In this document: positions 41,182-51,224 of the stretch, piece by piece
Position numbering within the stretch: position 1 is the stretch's first letter
Layout: each line of letters opens with the position of its first letter
Assembly: GCA_945861645.1 (NCBI GenBank)
Contig: CAMAVZ010000005.1
Location: 1-64,000, forward strand
Length of the DNA stretch: 64,000 nt
Direction of reading: 5' to 3'
Source: Opitutus sp. GAS368
GTDB lineage: Bacteria; Verrucomicrobiota; Verrucomicrobiia; Opitutales; Opitutaceae
Notes under the pieces: generated by a model
Told to the model about the DNA's origin: nothing
The model's database searches: none
The model's input: only the letters and a program-made list of their open reading frames with translations
Program-made: the position numbers and the translations under genes

Positions 41182-41754
41182 ATGAAATCTTCTATCCCCT
41201 TCCTTCCCGCCCTCCTCGCTCTGGCGTTGGCGGCTCCGCTCACTGCCCAAACCACTTCGGCGGCTGTGGTTAAAACCGTCGAGCCAGTCCGTCTGGCTTA
41301 CGTTAACAGCTCGGCCTTTCTTGATGAGCAGGCTGGCATCAAACAACTCGTGAAAGTTGCCCAAGGACTGGAGCTTGAGTTTAGCGGCACCCAAAGCGAA
41401 CTCTCCCTGTTGAATGAAAAGCTTCGTACCATTGTGGGCGAGCTCACTAAACTTAATGCCGATCCTGTGGCCAACGCCAAGGCGATGGCAGAGCAGCAAG
41501 CGGCTGGGCAAAAATTACAGCAGGAACTGCAAGGTAAACAACAAGCCGCTCAAGAGGCTTATAATAAACGCGTCCAAGAACTGCAGGCTCCGATTGCCGC
41601 CGAGATCGGCAAAGAGATCCGCGCTTTCTCCAAGGAGCACAACATCGACCTCTTGCTTGATTTGGCTAAACTTGGTGAAGCGGTGCTGAACGCTAAGCCG
41701 GAGCTCGATCTAACGACTGATTTCGTTAAATTCTATAACGCCCGCCACCCGTAA
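41182..41754 (+). CDS. OmpH/Skp-family periplasmic chaperone
   Basis: Signal peptide, LAYVN strand, long Gln-rich coiled coil, IDLLLD...DLTTD end. Confidence 0.8.
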   Translation: MKSSIPFLPALLALALAAPLTAQTTSAAVVKTVEPVRLAYVNSSAFLDEQAGIKQLVKVAQGLELEFSGTQSELSLLNEKLRTIVGELTKLNADPVANAKAMAEQQAAGQKLQQELQGKQQAAQEAYNKRVQELQAPIAAEIGKEIRAFSKEHNIDLLLDLAKLGEAVLNAKPELDLTTDFVKFYNARHP

Positions 41755-41776
41755 TCTTCCGGATAATTTGTTCCTT

Positions 41777-41804
41777 AGGCCCAGCGTTAAGCTGGGCCTT
41801 TTTT
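41777..41804 (+). terminator. Intrinsic terminator after the skp-like gene
   Basis: AGGCCCAGC-GTTAA-GCTGGGCCT followed by a T run. Confidence 0.88.
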
Positions 41805-41827
41805 ATATCTGCTAACCACGGTAAAGG

Positions 41828-42814
41828 CTAACCCACCCATTTTGTTTCCCCAAAATCAGGTGCGGTAAAATCCATCGGGTCTAAGCCGTGCGTGATTCTC
41901 GCCGCGGCGAGGGCAATCGCTGGATCGTCGATTCCTTCATCTGCTAGTTGAAAGGTGCCAAAGTGCATCGCCCAACTTTGCCGCGAGCCGACCGCTTGGT
42001 GGATTTTCACCGCCTCTTCTGGCGTGCAATGCACCGGTTGCATGAACCAACGGGGTTCGTAAGCGCCAATCGGTATTAACGCTAAATCAAAAGGACCTAA
42101 ACGTGCACCGATTTCCTTAAAAGTCTGATTATAACCAGAATCCCCAGCAAAATAAAATTTCCCCGTCGGAGTCTTAAGGGCAAAGCCACCCCACAGGGTT
42201 TGGCCGCGATCCCAAGGCCAGCGGGCTGAAAAATGCTGCGCGGGGGTCCCTATTACCTCGAGTCCTCGCCTGGCTTGATGTGTCTGCCACCAATCGAGCT
42301 CCACGACGTTCTTTACGCCGCGTTTTTCTAACCACGCTTTATTGCCGAGCATCGTGATAAATTGCGGTTGATGCTCGCGCGCCAACCAGCGCAGAGTGGG
42401 TAAATCAAGATGATCATAATGATTGTGGCCGATGAGGACGACATGCATTCGCGGCAGTTCGGTTAATTTTACCGCCAGCGGCCGTGCCCGCTTAGGCCCA
42501 ACCCAAGAGAAGGGACTCGCCCGCTCAGAAAAAATAGGGTCCGTCAGTAAATTCAGATTAGGCTGCTGGAGCAAAAAAGTAGAATGCCCGATAAAGGTAA
42601 CGGCGGTTTTTCCGCTTAAGCTTGGCTGGGGGACAATGGCTTCGCGGTTCTGACGCATAGCCTTAGGCCAATTGATTTTCTGCCGTAAAACTAAGCGCTG
42701 ATAACCCCATTTAATTAAGGCCGAAAAAGCAGCCGCCGGCCGTTGGCCACTCGGGTTAAAAAACCGCTGCCCGTCGGAATGATCGCTGACCGGCAAGCGC
42801 AACGGGGGCGCCAT
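41828..42814 (-). CDS. MBL-fold hydrolase (NAPE-PLD/RomA-like)
   Basis: GHSTFL, TDPIFS, HNHYDHLD, PAQHFSAR, FAGDSGY, PIGAYEPRW, MHFGTF. Confidence 0.9.
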   Translation of the reverse strand: MAPPLRLPVSDHSDGQRFFNPSGQRPAAAFSALIKWGYQRLVLRQKINWPKAMRQNREAIVPQPSLSGKTAVTFIGHSTFLLQQPNLNLLTDPIFSERASPFSWVGPKRARPLAVKLTELPRMHVVLIGHNHYDHLDLPTLRWLAREHQPQFITMLGNKAWLEKRGVKNVVELDWWQTHQARRGLEVIGTPAQHFSARWPWDRGQTLWGGFALKTPTGKFYFAGDSGYNQTFKEIGARLGPFDLALIPIGAYEPRWFMQPVHCTPEEAVKIHQAVGSRQSWAMHFGTFQLADEGIDDPAIALAAARITHGLDPMDFTAPDFGETKWVG

Positions 42815-42817
42815 AAA

Positions 42818-43435
42818 TTAGGCGGTAGGCCCACCCACGGTGCGGCGCGCTTGCGCCCAAAAGGCCAAGAGGGCGCGGAAATCCTGCTCTTTACTGCCGC
42901 TATGAATAACATAATCATAGGAATTCCGTTCCGCCATTTCTAACTCCGCACTTTGTAAACGCCGCGCAAGCTCCTCCGCACTTACCGGCCCACGCCCCTG
43001 TAACCGCTCCCGCAGGACAGCAAAAGAATCAGGGGCGACAAAAATAGTGACCAGGCGAGTTTTGAGCAAAGGGAGGGTTTCCGCCGCAGCCCGGATATTG
43101 CGCACGCCCTGAACGTCAACGTTTGCCGTTAAGTTGGTCTGCGGTAACCGACCGAGAATGGCGGACTTTAGCGTGCCATAACGATATTTACGATGCACCC
43201 AAGCCCACTCCAGAAATTCGCCATTCGCCAACCGCGCATCAAACTCGCCTTCGGTTAAAAAGTGATAATCGCGGCCATTTACTTCATTCGCGCGCGCTGG
43301 TCGAGTCGTTGCCGTAACCACTCGTTCAAACCCGGCCACCTCCGCTACTAATCGATCACAGAGCGTACTTTTACCAACCCCCGCAGGACCCGCCAAAACA
43401 AGGAACACCGTGGAGGTCGAATCGAGCGGCGCCAT
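42818..43435 (-). CDS. gmk: Guanylate kinase
   Basis: GPAGVGKST, TTRPAR.NE.NGRDYHF, FLEWA, YGT, DVQG. Confidence 0.93.
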   Translation of the reverse strand: MAPLDSTSTVFLVLAGPAGVGKSTLCDRLVAEVAGFERVVTATTRPARANEVNGRDYHFLTEGEFDARLANGEFLEWAWVHRKYRYGTLKSAILGRLPQTNLTANVDVQGVRNIRAAAETLPLLKTRLVTIFVAPDSFAVLRERLQGRGPVSAEELARRLQSAELEMAERNSYDYVIHSGSKEQDFRALLAFWAQARRTVGGPTA

Positions 43436-43438
43436 AAC

Positions 43439-43984
43439 TTAGTAAGTAAAGGCGGCGATTGCGGTGGCTAGCCCGTAAAGAAGCAGGCCGCCCCCTAACC
43501 ACCGCGGCCGCCCAGGTTCTTGAAAAAGCCACCCCAAGAAATCCCGCCAGCGATAAGGCGCGGCCGCTAAATAAAGCGCGAGACACAATCCGCTATAAAC
43601 GGCGCTGACCAACAAAAGCCGCTGGGGGTATTGATACTCCATGTAAGCGGAATTAAGCAGTGGCTCAGCGCTTAATAACATCAGCGCACTGCCACCGCGC
43701 ACTGCGAGAAAGTCGGGCGCATAAATAAAAGCTAGCACCGCTAAGACCGCAAAGCCCGCCATAATGGGTTGCGGGGTTTGGACAAAAATAAGATCGGACT
43801 CACCGAGTTGTGAAATTCGCCAAATTAACCAACCCGCCGCTGAGCCAAAAAGTAACCCCGCGGCCAAGCCTGAGCGCGTTAAAGCCCGCGCGCCCGAACC
43901 GATCACCGAATGATTCCAGACCAGCAGCCCCCCCACGCTGGCGAGAAACAGTCCGGCTAAAAGGGTAGCGAGGAAAAGAGACAT
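43439..43984 (-). CDS. Hypothetical multi-pass membrane protein
   Basis: 181-aa hydrophobic ORF ending 3 nt before the gmk start. Confidence 0.7.
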   Translation of the reverse strand: MSLFLATLLAGLFLASVGGLLVWNHSVIGSGARALTRSGLAAGLLFGSAAGWLIWRISQLGESDLIFVQTPQPIMAGFAVLAVLAFIYAPDFLAVRGGSALMLLSAEPLLNSAYMEYQYPQRLLLVSAVYSGLCLALYLAAAPYRWRDFLGWLFQEPGRPRWLGGGLLLYGLATAIAAFTY

Positions 43985-44070
43985 AAGTGCGCCCCCTTTC
44001 TCTTACTCGTTCTCTTTCTCCACAAGCTCAGAACTCTCTTTTACTGGGTCAGCCACCAAAATACTTTCGC

Positions 44071-45426
44071 TCAAACCCCCACCAAACCAAGGGTCCCGTA
44101 AAGCACGGCCGTCGTGGCTCGCTCGATCTTAACCGCCACCAATTCACCGATTAAACGGTCGTTAGCTTCAAAGTGAACTACCCGATTACCCCGGGTTCGC
44201 CCGGTATAACGCAACCCCCTCTTGTCCCGCCCCTCCACAAGCACCTCTGGGCTGGTGCCAATTAATTGGCTATTTCGGCGGTTGGAATTAGCCGCAAGAA
44301 TTTTTAACAAAATTTGGTTACGCTCCTCTTTAATATCATCAGAAACTTGATCCCAAAAAGTCGCGGCCGGAGTCCCGGTGCGGATAGAATATTTAAAGAT
44401 ATAGGCCATATCATAGTTCCCTCGCTCAAAGAGCTCCCGAGTTTCAGCGAAATCTTCGGCGGTCTCGCCCGGGAAGCCGACAATTACATCCGTGGAAAAA
44501 TACATGGCCGGCTGCACCGCCCGCAAGTCATCAACAATCTGACTGTAGCGTTCGCGCGTGTAGGGTCGGTTCATGGCCTTCAAAATTCGATTAGATCCCG
44601 ATTGCAGCGGTAAATGCACATAGGGGCAGAGTTTATTCAAGCGGCCGTAAGCGGCGATTAAGTCGTCCTTAAAACCCCGCGGGTGGGGGGAAGTAAACCG
44701 GATGCGCTGCAAACCAGGAATGCCGTTTACCTGCTCAAGCAGCTGCACAAAAGGCGTGACCCCGCCAGTATGCTCATAGTCGCGCCGGCCATAGCTCGTC
44801 ACGATCTGCCCGAGCAAAGTAATCTCCTTAACGCCTCCCGCGACCAGTTTCTCGCATTCCTGAACAATCTCCTTCATCGGCCGAGAGCGTTCATCCCCTC
44901 GGGTTTTAGGCACAATGCAAAACGAACAATCCATATTACAACCCTGCTGAATCGAAACAAACGCGGTGACTTGTTTTTCGGCCAACACATGATCGCGAAT
45001 TGTATTTTGCGAACCATTTTCTGCCTCAAGATCGATAATCGTGGCCCCAATAGGCACCCCCGCCGCCTGCGCCGCGCGTAGATTATCGAGATAATCGGGG
45101 ACTTGGTGAAATTTTTGCGTGCCGATGATGAGATCGAGATCGGGCAGCTGATCGAGCAACTTCGCCCCACGATTCTGCGCCATACAACCAAGGATCCCTA
45201 AAATAAAATCCGGATTCTTTTTTTTTCGATTCGCAACATTCGCCGCCTTCCCGATGGCTTTTTGTTCCGCCGCATCCCGCACGCTGCAAGTATTGAGCAG
45301 TAAAATATCACAGTCGGCCTCTGCGCTCACCATCCGGTAACCTCGCAACCGCAACAAGGCCGCGACCGCCTCGCTGTCGCGCTCGTTCATCTGACAACCA
45401 TAGGTTTTTATGTGGACTCGATTCAT
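44071..45426 (-). CDS. miaB: tRNA-i6A37 methylthiotransferase
   Basis: TYGCQMNERDSE, NTCSVR, GCMAQ, GCNMDCSFCIVP, C-terminal TRAM domain; ATG at 45426. Confidence 0.96.
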   Translation of the reverse strand: MNRVHIKTYGCQMNERDSEAVAALLRLRGYRMVSAEADCDILLLNTCSVRDAAEQKAIGKAANVANRKKKNPDFILGILGCMAQNRGAKLLDQLPDLDLIIGTQKFHQVPDYLDNLRAAQAAGVPIGATIIDLEAENGSQNTIRDHVLAEKQVTAFVSIQQGCNMDCSFCIVPKTRGDERSRPMKEIVQECEKLVAGGVKEITLLGQIVTSYGRRDYEHTGGVTPFVQLLEQVNGIPGLQRIRFTSPHPRGFKDDLIAAYGRLNKLCPYVHLPLQSGSNRILKAMNRPYTRERYSQIVDDLRAVQPAMYFSTDVIVGFPGETAEDFAETRELFERGNYDMAYIFKYSIRTGTPAATFWDQVSDDIKEERNQILLKILAANSNRRNSQLIGTSPEVLVEGRDKRGLRYTGRTRGNRVVHFEANDRLIGELVAVKIERATTAVLYGTLGLVGV

Positions 45427-45621
45427 CAAACTAGCCGCCGCCCGAAGGTAAAAAGCACCGGGAGGACGGTGGGGGTTAACTACTCGTCTACTCCCACTGG
45501 TCAACGCGGTAAAATAACCCCCGCCACCACCTATTTGCCGGCTATAAATAGCCCCCAACTTCCCGCAAGTCTACCGTACCTTTCTGTTCGCCAGCGCGCC
45601 GGCCAACGCTTTGCTGCCCTC

Positions 45622-46947
45622 ATGGAATTATCTAATCGTTCTGGGGAACCAACCCCCGCCCCAGGACCAGAAAAGGCTGCAGTCGCTGGCGGCCTGATGC
45701 CTCTGCTCGCCGACGCCCGCGAAAAATTAAAAAATAAAGACCTCCCGGCGGCGCTCTCCCTCTATGAATCTATCTTAGCTAACGCCAGCGACCGCAGCGA
45801 TGTGCTCATGACGATATCCGCCGATCTTGGGACCAATGGTTATGTGCAGGAAATCATCGAATTGCTCGCCCCACGTTATGATGTGGAAAAACACGGCGCG
45901 CCGGCGGGCATTAATCTGCTGCAAGCTTACTTAGTCACCCGTAATGCGGAGGCGGCCCAACATCTTCTCGATCTGTTGTTTTCCCTTGGCCGGCCAGAGT
46001 TGGAAGCGCGTTTAGTCGGTTTTTCTAATGCCGTTTCCGAACTTTTTATTAGCGAAACAGAAGCGGAACACACGGCCGAGCCTGGAAAAAAAATTAGCTT
46101 AGTCAGTATAAGTAAGCCCATTTGGTATTATGGAGTCGAAGCCCTCGCGCCCCTCCTCTGGACGCGACCCACGGGAAAGCTCCGCCGCGTCGCCTTCGCC
46201 CAGTGTGCTTTGCTGGGATTGGAAAATTCTGCCGGCAGCGCCGTCCAATCAGAAAACCTTACTGGTCAACTTTGCCGCGGGCTGCCTTTGTGGCTGGCAG
46301 AAACTTTTAGTTATAGTGCTGGTTATGCCCCCGTCGCCGCGATTGGCACCTTCGGCGATCATTACGCTGTTTTTCCAATGGAGTGGACGGCTGAAAACTT
46401 GCGGCAACTCAACGATAGCACCGAAGGCGGCCTTGATTATGTGGTTACAGGTACTTTGCGTAACCGGAACGATGATTTCGAATTAAGTATGCGGATTTGG
46501 GAGGTTAAAAAATTTCGAGAACTCAAGACCTTCTCGGCTCGTTGGACGCCCACTTCTGGTGATAGCGCTTTGCTACTACTCCAAGAGCAACTGTGTAGAT
46601 ATATGGAATGGACGGCGCTGCCCGCTCCAGCCCAAGAAATTTATTCTATTCCTGCCTCCCCCTTAACTTATATTTTGAGTTTGGGCGCTGCGCTTTCTTT
46701 TTTCCTGAGCGATAAAGGGGTTCTGGCCGCCAGCCGCCGGCCGACCGATCTGACGGCTCTTCTGCGAGCCGCCCAAACAAATCCCGCTAATTCCACGGCG
46801 CAATTTACTCTTATTGCTGGTTTATTACGACTCCCCGACCTTGGCCGCGCGCATGAACCGGCCGCCTTCCTGCACGCGCAGAATTGGCTGACTTCGCCCG
46901 CAGCCCAATCCTGTCAGATTTCCGATCTGCCGGCTAAATTTAATTAA
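45622..46947 (+). CDS. Hypothetical protein with TPR-like helical N-terminus
   Basis: Long ORF; ATG at 45622 preferred because the track start overlaps miaB; helical repeat-like pattern. Confidence 0.65.
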   Translation: MELSNRSGEPTPAPGPEKAAVAGGLMPLLADAREKLKNKDLPAALSLYESILANASDRSDVLMTISADLGTNGYVQEIIELLAPRYDVEKHGAPAGINLLQAYLVTRNAEAAQHLLDLLFSLGRPELEARLVGFSNAVSELFISETEAEHTAEPGKKISLVSISKPIWYYGVEALAPLLWTRPTGKLRRVAFAQCALLGLENSAGSAVQSENLTGQLCRGLPLWLAETFSYSAGYAPVAAIGTFGDHYAVFPMEWTAENLRQLNDSTEGGLDYVVTGTLRNRNDDFELSMRIWEVKKFRELKTFSARWTPTSGDSALLLLQEQLCRYMEWTALPAPAQEIYSIPASPLTYILSLGAALSFFLSDKGVLAASRRPTDLTALLRAAQTNPANSTAQFTLIAGLLRLPDLGRAHEPAAFLHAQNWLTSPAAQSCQISDLPAKFN

Positions 46948-46950
46948 GGC

Positions 46951-48456
46951 TTAGGCCTCGAGTTGTGGGCGGGATGCTTCTGGCCAGTCAATATGGTAGA
47001 ACTTGCCGCGCGGTTGGTCGGTGCGCTCGTAGGTGTGGGCACCGAAGTAATCGCGTTGCGCCTGGAGTAGATTGGCCGGCAGCCGGGCGGAACGATAGCT
47101 GTCGTAGTAGGAGAGGGCGGAACTGAACGTTGGTGCAGCGACGCCGCATTCGGCGGCGAGCGAGACGACCTTGCGCCAGTTTTCCTGCGCCCGTTTCACC
47201 ATCTTATTAAAATACGGGTCGAGGAGCAGATTCGCGAGATGTGGGTTCCGGGCATAGGCCTCGGTAATCTTTTGCAGGAAAGCGGCGCGGATGATACAGC
47301 CGCCGCGCCAGATCTGGGCGATCTCGCCGAAATTAAGCGTCCAGTTGTATTCCTTCTGCGCGGTGCGCATGAGCTGGAAGCCCTGCGCATAAGAACAGAT
47401 CTTCGAGCAGTAGAGGGCGTCGTGGATCGCCTGCACAAGGGCCTTCTTCGAGCCGCGGTATTTCTTGCTCGGGCCCTGCAAGATCTTCGAGGCGGCAACC
47501 CGTTCCTCCTTGATGGCAGAGATGCAGCGGGCAAAGACGGACTCGGCGATGGTGGGAGCAGGGACGCCCATGTCGAGCGCGTTGGTCGAGGTCCATTTAC
47601 CGGTGCCTTTCTGGCCGGCGGTATCCAGGACGATGTCGACGAAAGCTTTCTTTTTCGTGAGCGGATCCTTCTGTTTGAGGATGTCGGCCGTGATCTCGAT
47701 GAGGAAGCTGTCGAGCGCGCCGGCGTTCCATTCGGAAAAGATCGCGCCCATTTCAGCCGCCTTGAGGCCGAGTAGGCCCTGCATTAGAGCGTAGGCCTCA
47801 CAGATCATCTGCATGTCACCGTATTCGATGCCGTTGTGGACCATCTTGACGTAGTGGCCCGCGCCGTTCTCGCCGATGTAGGTGGCGCAAGGCACGCCGC
47901 CGATGATGGGCTGGCCGGGCGCAGCACCCGTCAAAGGTTGGCCGGTCTTTGCATCAACCTTCGCGGCGATAGCGTTCCAGATGGGGGCAAGTTCCTTATA
48001 CGCCGCGGCGTCACCACCGGGCATGAGCGCTGGACCGAAGCGAGCCCCTTCCTCGCCGCCAGACACGCCGGAGCCGATAAACCGAAACCCTTTATCTTTG
48101 AGGGCTTTTTCGCGGCGGATGGTGTCGGTCCAAAGTGCGTTACCGCCGTCGATGATGATGTCGGCGGGTTCGAGCAGCAGCACGAGGCCGTCGATGACGG
48201 CGTCGGTCGCCTTGCCCGCCTGCACGAGAATAATCATTTTGCGCGGCTTAGCCAGGGAGGCGACGAACTCCGGGAGCGTCTTGGTGCCGACCACCCCACC
48301 GGGCGTGGCAGGATTCTCGGTAACGAATTTATCGGTTTTTTCTACGGTCCGATTAAAGACCGAGATTTGAAAGCCGTGATCTGCGATATTGAGCGCCAAG
48401 TTTTGGCCCATAACAGCTAAACCGATCAATCCGATGTCAGAGTGTTTTTTACTCAT
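46951..48456 (-). CDS. gnd: NADP-dependent 6-phosphogluconate dehydrogenase
   Basis: [61 protein letters not shown] at 48456. Confidence 0.97.
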   Translation of the reverse strand: MSKKHSDIGLIGLAVMGQNLALNIADHGFQISVFNRTVEKTDKFVTENPATPGGVVGTKTLPEFVASLAKPRKMIILVQAGKATDAVIDGLVLLLEPADIIIDGGNALWTDTIRREKALKDKGFRFIGSGVSGGEEGARFGPALMPGGDAAAYKELAPIWNAIAAKVDAKTGQPLTGAAPGQPIIGGVPCATYIGENGAGHYVKMVHNGIEYGDMQMICEAYALMQGLLGLKAAEMGAIFSEWNAGALDSFLIEITADILKQKDPLTKKKAFVDIVLDTAGQKGTGKWTSTNALDMGVPAPTIAESVFARCISAIKEERVAASKILQGPSKKYRGSKKALVQAIHDALYCSKICSYAQGFQLMRTAQKEYNWTLNFGEIAQIWRGGCIIRAAFLQKITEAYARNPHLANLLLDPYFNKMVKRAQENWRKVVSLAAECGVAAPTFSSALSYYDSYRSARLPANLLQAQRDYFGAHTYERTDQPRGKFYHIDWPEASRPQLEA

Positions 48457-48555
48457 AAGGGCTACATCATTAGTACCGGCCTCCCGAACACCAATCTGAT
48501 TTTCGGCCCGAGGGTGTAATAAAACCAACTGATAGGCCTGATCAGCTGATTAGGA

Positions 48556-48852
48556 CTAAGGCGCCCGTTGCTGTTTGGTGGCGTAGGATCCCGCGCTTGG
48601 AAAAAATGGCGCCACCAAATGAACGATTGGGGTAAGAAATTTGGGTTCATTACGGTTATAGACCCAGGAAAAAAAAACCACCACCCCGACGACAAAGATT
48701 AAAACCCCCGCAATAACTTTATTCATTTGCAGGATCCGGCGGACGACAAAAATAACAACCAGCACCGCTAAGACGGCGATTCCAACCTTAAGCCAAACCT
48801 CCGAAGGTTGGTTTTTTAGTTTTTCTAAAGCCGTGACTGCAAATAATAACAT
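48556..48852 (-). CDS. Small hypothetical membrane protein (2 TM)
   Basis: 98 aa, two hydrophobic helices, co-oriented with its neighbours. Confidence 0.65.
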   Translation of the reverse strand: MLLFAVTALEKLKNQPSEVWLKVGIAVLAVLVVIFVVRRILQMNKVIAGVLIFVVGVVVFFSWVYNRNEPKFLTPIVHLVAPFFPSAGSYATKQQRAP

Positions 48853-48937
48853 CCCTTGACTTTAGCTGGAAAAATGGGGGAGACGAGTCCTTTCTGCAGA
48901 ACCGGCAAGGCACCCGCCGGCGTGCGGTCGGCCGCTT

Positions 48938-49822
48938 TTAATGATACCGCGCGGCGCGGCCGAAATAATCAAGCAGCCAAGCCTCTTTCCAAATCCGGAA
49001 ACGCCCCTCTGCGGAAATTTTTCCATATTCCTCTCGGTCGGTATGGGGCATTAAATAACCTAACTCTAGATTAATTACCTCCAGATGCTGCTGCTGCTGC
49101 TGACTGTCTTCACTAGGACTAATTTCCCACGCGATCGCTTTTTCCCCCGCCTGTTTTACGCGCTGAGTATGTTGCGTTATTAAGCGGGCTAGACCCCGCC
49201 GCCAGGGGGTGCGCACCACCAGCCAACCCTCCGGATAAAAACCACCAAAAGGAATATAAAGATTATCCGTTACGTAGCGCCGCGTTCCGGTTGTTAAAGT
49301 AGCCAAACTAAAACAAACCGTGATCATATTATTTTCTTGCGGAACGAATAACACGTGGAGCCGGATGGTGTTATCCTTGTTATGATAAACCGAAGTCCGG
49401 AGCCAAATCCCACCCCCAATCTCGGCCTTAAGCGCTTGCTGATGCGTAAACTGATTGTTTCGCAGCCAATCCCGCACGCGGAGTAGGCGTTTTTGCGTCG
49501 GCCATTCATCACCGCTTGTATTAACAATCGCGCGCGGAAAAAGGGGTAACGGGCTTAAGCTGATCGCGCTTATTTTTAGCCAATTAAACCCTGCTTCACA
49601 TAAAAACCAGGTGAGGAAAAAAAACCCCGCGACGACCCCAACCGGTCGATCGATAAAGTTTACCTGTTCATTTGCTTGGGCCGCCAAAATTGCGAAAAGA
49701 ATCCACCGCAACCAACGAATGGGTATCGCTAAAATTGGCGAAGCTAAGCGCTGGTTAACATAATACAGCAAAAGTAAAGTCCCCAGGGCGGGCGTAATAA
49801 AAAAAATAATTTCTTCTGCCAT
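48938..49822 (-). CDS. Hypothetical membrane protein
   Basis: N-terminal TM helices plus a soluble domain; downstream of dnaN; start could be GTG 49843. Confidence 0.7.
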   Translation of the reverse strand: MAEEIIFFITPALGTLLLLYYVNQRLASPILAIPIRWLRWILFAILAAQANEQVNFIDRPVGVVAGFFFLTWFLCEAGFNWLKISAISLSPLPLFPRAIVNTSGDEWPTQKRLLRVRDWLRNNQFTHQQALKAEIGGGIWLRTSVYHNKDNTIRLHVLFVPQENNMITVCFSLATLTTGTRRYVTDNLYIPFGGFYPEGWLVVRTPWRRGLARLITQHTQRVKQAGEKAIAWEISPSEDSQQQQQHLEVINLELGYLMPHTDREEYGKISAEGRFRIWKEAWLLDYFGRAARYH

Positions 49823-49906
49823 GATTACAAAAATTCGGTGCACCCGACCCGAGGGTTCGCGTTAAACAGACTTGGTTGTTTCCCCGCCCTCTTTAACGAA
49901 GCCCGC

Positions 49907-51031
49907 TTAACTTAGCCGGACGGGCATAATGACGCAGACAAAGCTCTCTAAGGTTTTAAATACCCCAGGGCTAACCTCGTCTTTAAGCTCAAAAAAGACC
50001 TCGTCTTTTGTCAGCGCCCTTAAGGGATCCATCACAAACTGCGGGTTAAAGGCTACTTGTAGGTCCACTCCGCTATAAGCGATCGCCATTGATTCATGGG
50101 ATTCACCAAAGTCGGGAGAGGCGGCGGTGATTTCTAATAAATTCCGGGAAAGCTTTATTTTAACAGAATTAGATTTTTCGGAGGTAACTAAAGCGGCTCG
50201 ATGGACACATTGTAAAAAAAGTTCTCGCTCTAATTTAATCCGCTGGTGGGTTTCTTTAGGAATAACTTGTTGATAATTAGGGTAATTACCCTCTACGACT
50301 TTAGAAAATAAATAAATACTATCGCTGAGGCCGCTCGTGTCCTTCCCGGTGTCTATTTGGAAGGCGGCGCGGCGTTCATTAAAAGCAATTTTTAGTTTAT
50401 CCCCTTTTCCCAGCAGCCGTAAGAGTTCAGCCACGGTTTTCGCTGGTAAAATAATTGCTCCTGCGCTGGTTGCTGGCACCGCCAGTTCTTTGCTGACCAA
50501 GGCAAGGCGCCGGCCGTCTGTTGCGACCAAGGTTAATTTTTCCTCTTTAAAGTTAAAATAAACCCCATTCAGGATAAACCGCGTTTCATCCGTAGATTGC
50601 GCGTAGGAAACATTGCTGAGCATGGTCGCGATCTCCCCTTGCTCCAGGGTGTAGGTTTTGTCGTCGGTCGAATCGGGTAATTTAGGGAATTCTTCTGCGC
50701 CGATCCCCATAATTCGAAAATTAGAGCCGCCGGAAGCAATTTTAACCTGGTGATTTGCTGTCGAATCGAAAGCGACGTCTACATTGGGTAATTCCCGGAC
50801 TATCGTCGCTAGCCGCTTGACGGGTAAAGTAACCGCGCCGCCTTCTTTTACCTCGGCCTTAATTTTACAACGGATCCCTAAATCTAAATTGGTGGTTGTA
50901 AGCGAAATGCAGTCTTTTTCTGCTTCGATCAAGACGTTGTTTAAAATAGGCATCGCCGCTTTAGACCCAACAACATTGAGAACTTGGGCGAGGCCGTTGC
51001 TAAAATGATCGCGGTTAATCTTAAATTTCAT
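49907..51031 (-). CDS. dnaN: DNA polymerase III beta sliding clamp
   Basis: [49 protein letters not shown]. Confidence 0.97.
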   Translation of the reverse strand: MKFKINRDHFSNGLAQVLNVVGSKAAMPILNNVLIEAEKDCISLTTTNLDLGIRCKIKAEVKEGGAVTLPVKRLATIVRELPNVDVAFDSTANHQVKIASGGSNFRIMGIGAEEFPKLPDSTDDKTYTLEQGEIATMLSNVSYAQSTDETRFILNGVYFNFKEEKLTLVATDGRRLALVSKELAVPATSAGAIILPAKTVAELLRLLGKGDKLKIAFNERRAAFQIDTGKDTSGLSDSIYLFSKVVEGNYPNYQQVIPKETHQRIKLERELFLQCVHRAALVTSEKSNSVKIKLSRNLLEITAASPDFGESHESMAIAYSGVDLQVAFNPQFVMDPLRALTKDEVFFELKDEVSPGVFKTLESFVCVIMPVRLS

Positions 51032-51224
51032 CGGGCAGGAGTCGTTAAAAGGCTTTCAACTAACAAAGGATGATTAGAGCGGTATTCAATAAGGAATTAT
51101 TCGTATTATTATGGGGGGTGAATTTGGTGATAACACCTATTTCTCCAGCGAAGCTAAAACAAAAGGGCAGGTGAACCCTATCAGAATAATAGCGAATAAG
51201 ACGAGGTTTGTTCACAAAAAATAG
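51032..51224. other. Probable replication origin (oriC unwinding region)
   Basis: Minus strand reads TTATCACCA-AATTCACC-CCCC-ATAATAATA toward dnaN; further boxes TTGTTCACA (51208-51216) and AGCGAATAA (51191-51199); AT-rich; GC skew flips here. Confidence 0.72.

Noticed and set aside
45412-45621. Overlapping N-terminal extensions of miaB and the divergent ORF
   Set aside because: Better ATG starts at 45426 (-) and 45622 (+) leave a normal divergent intergenic region.
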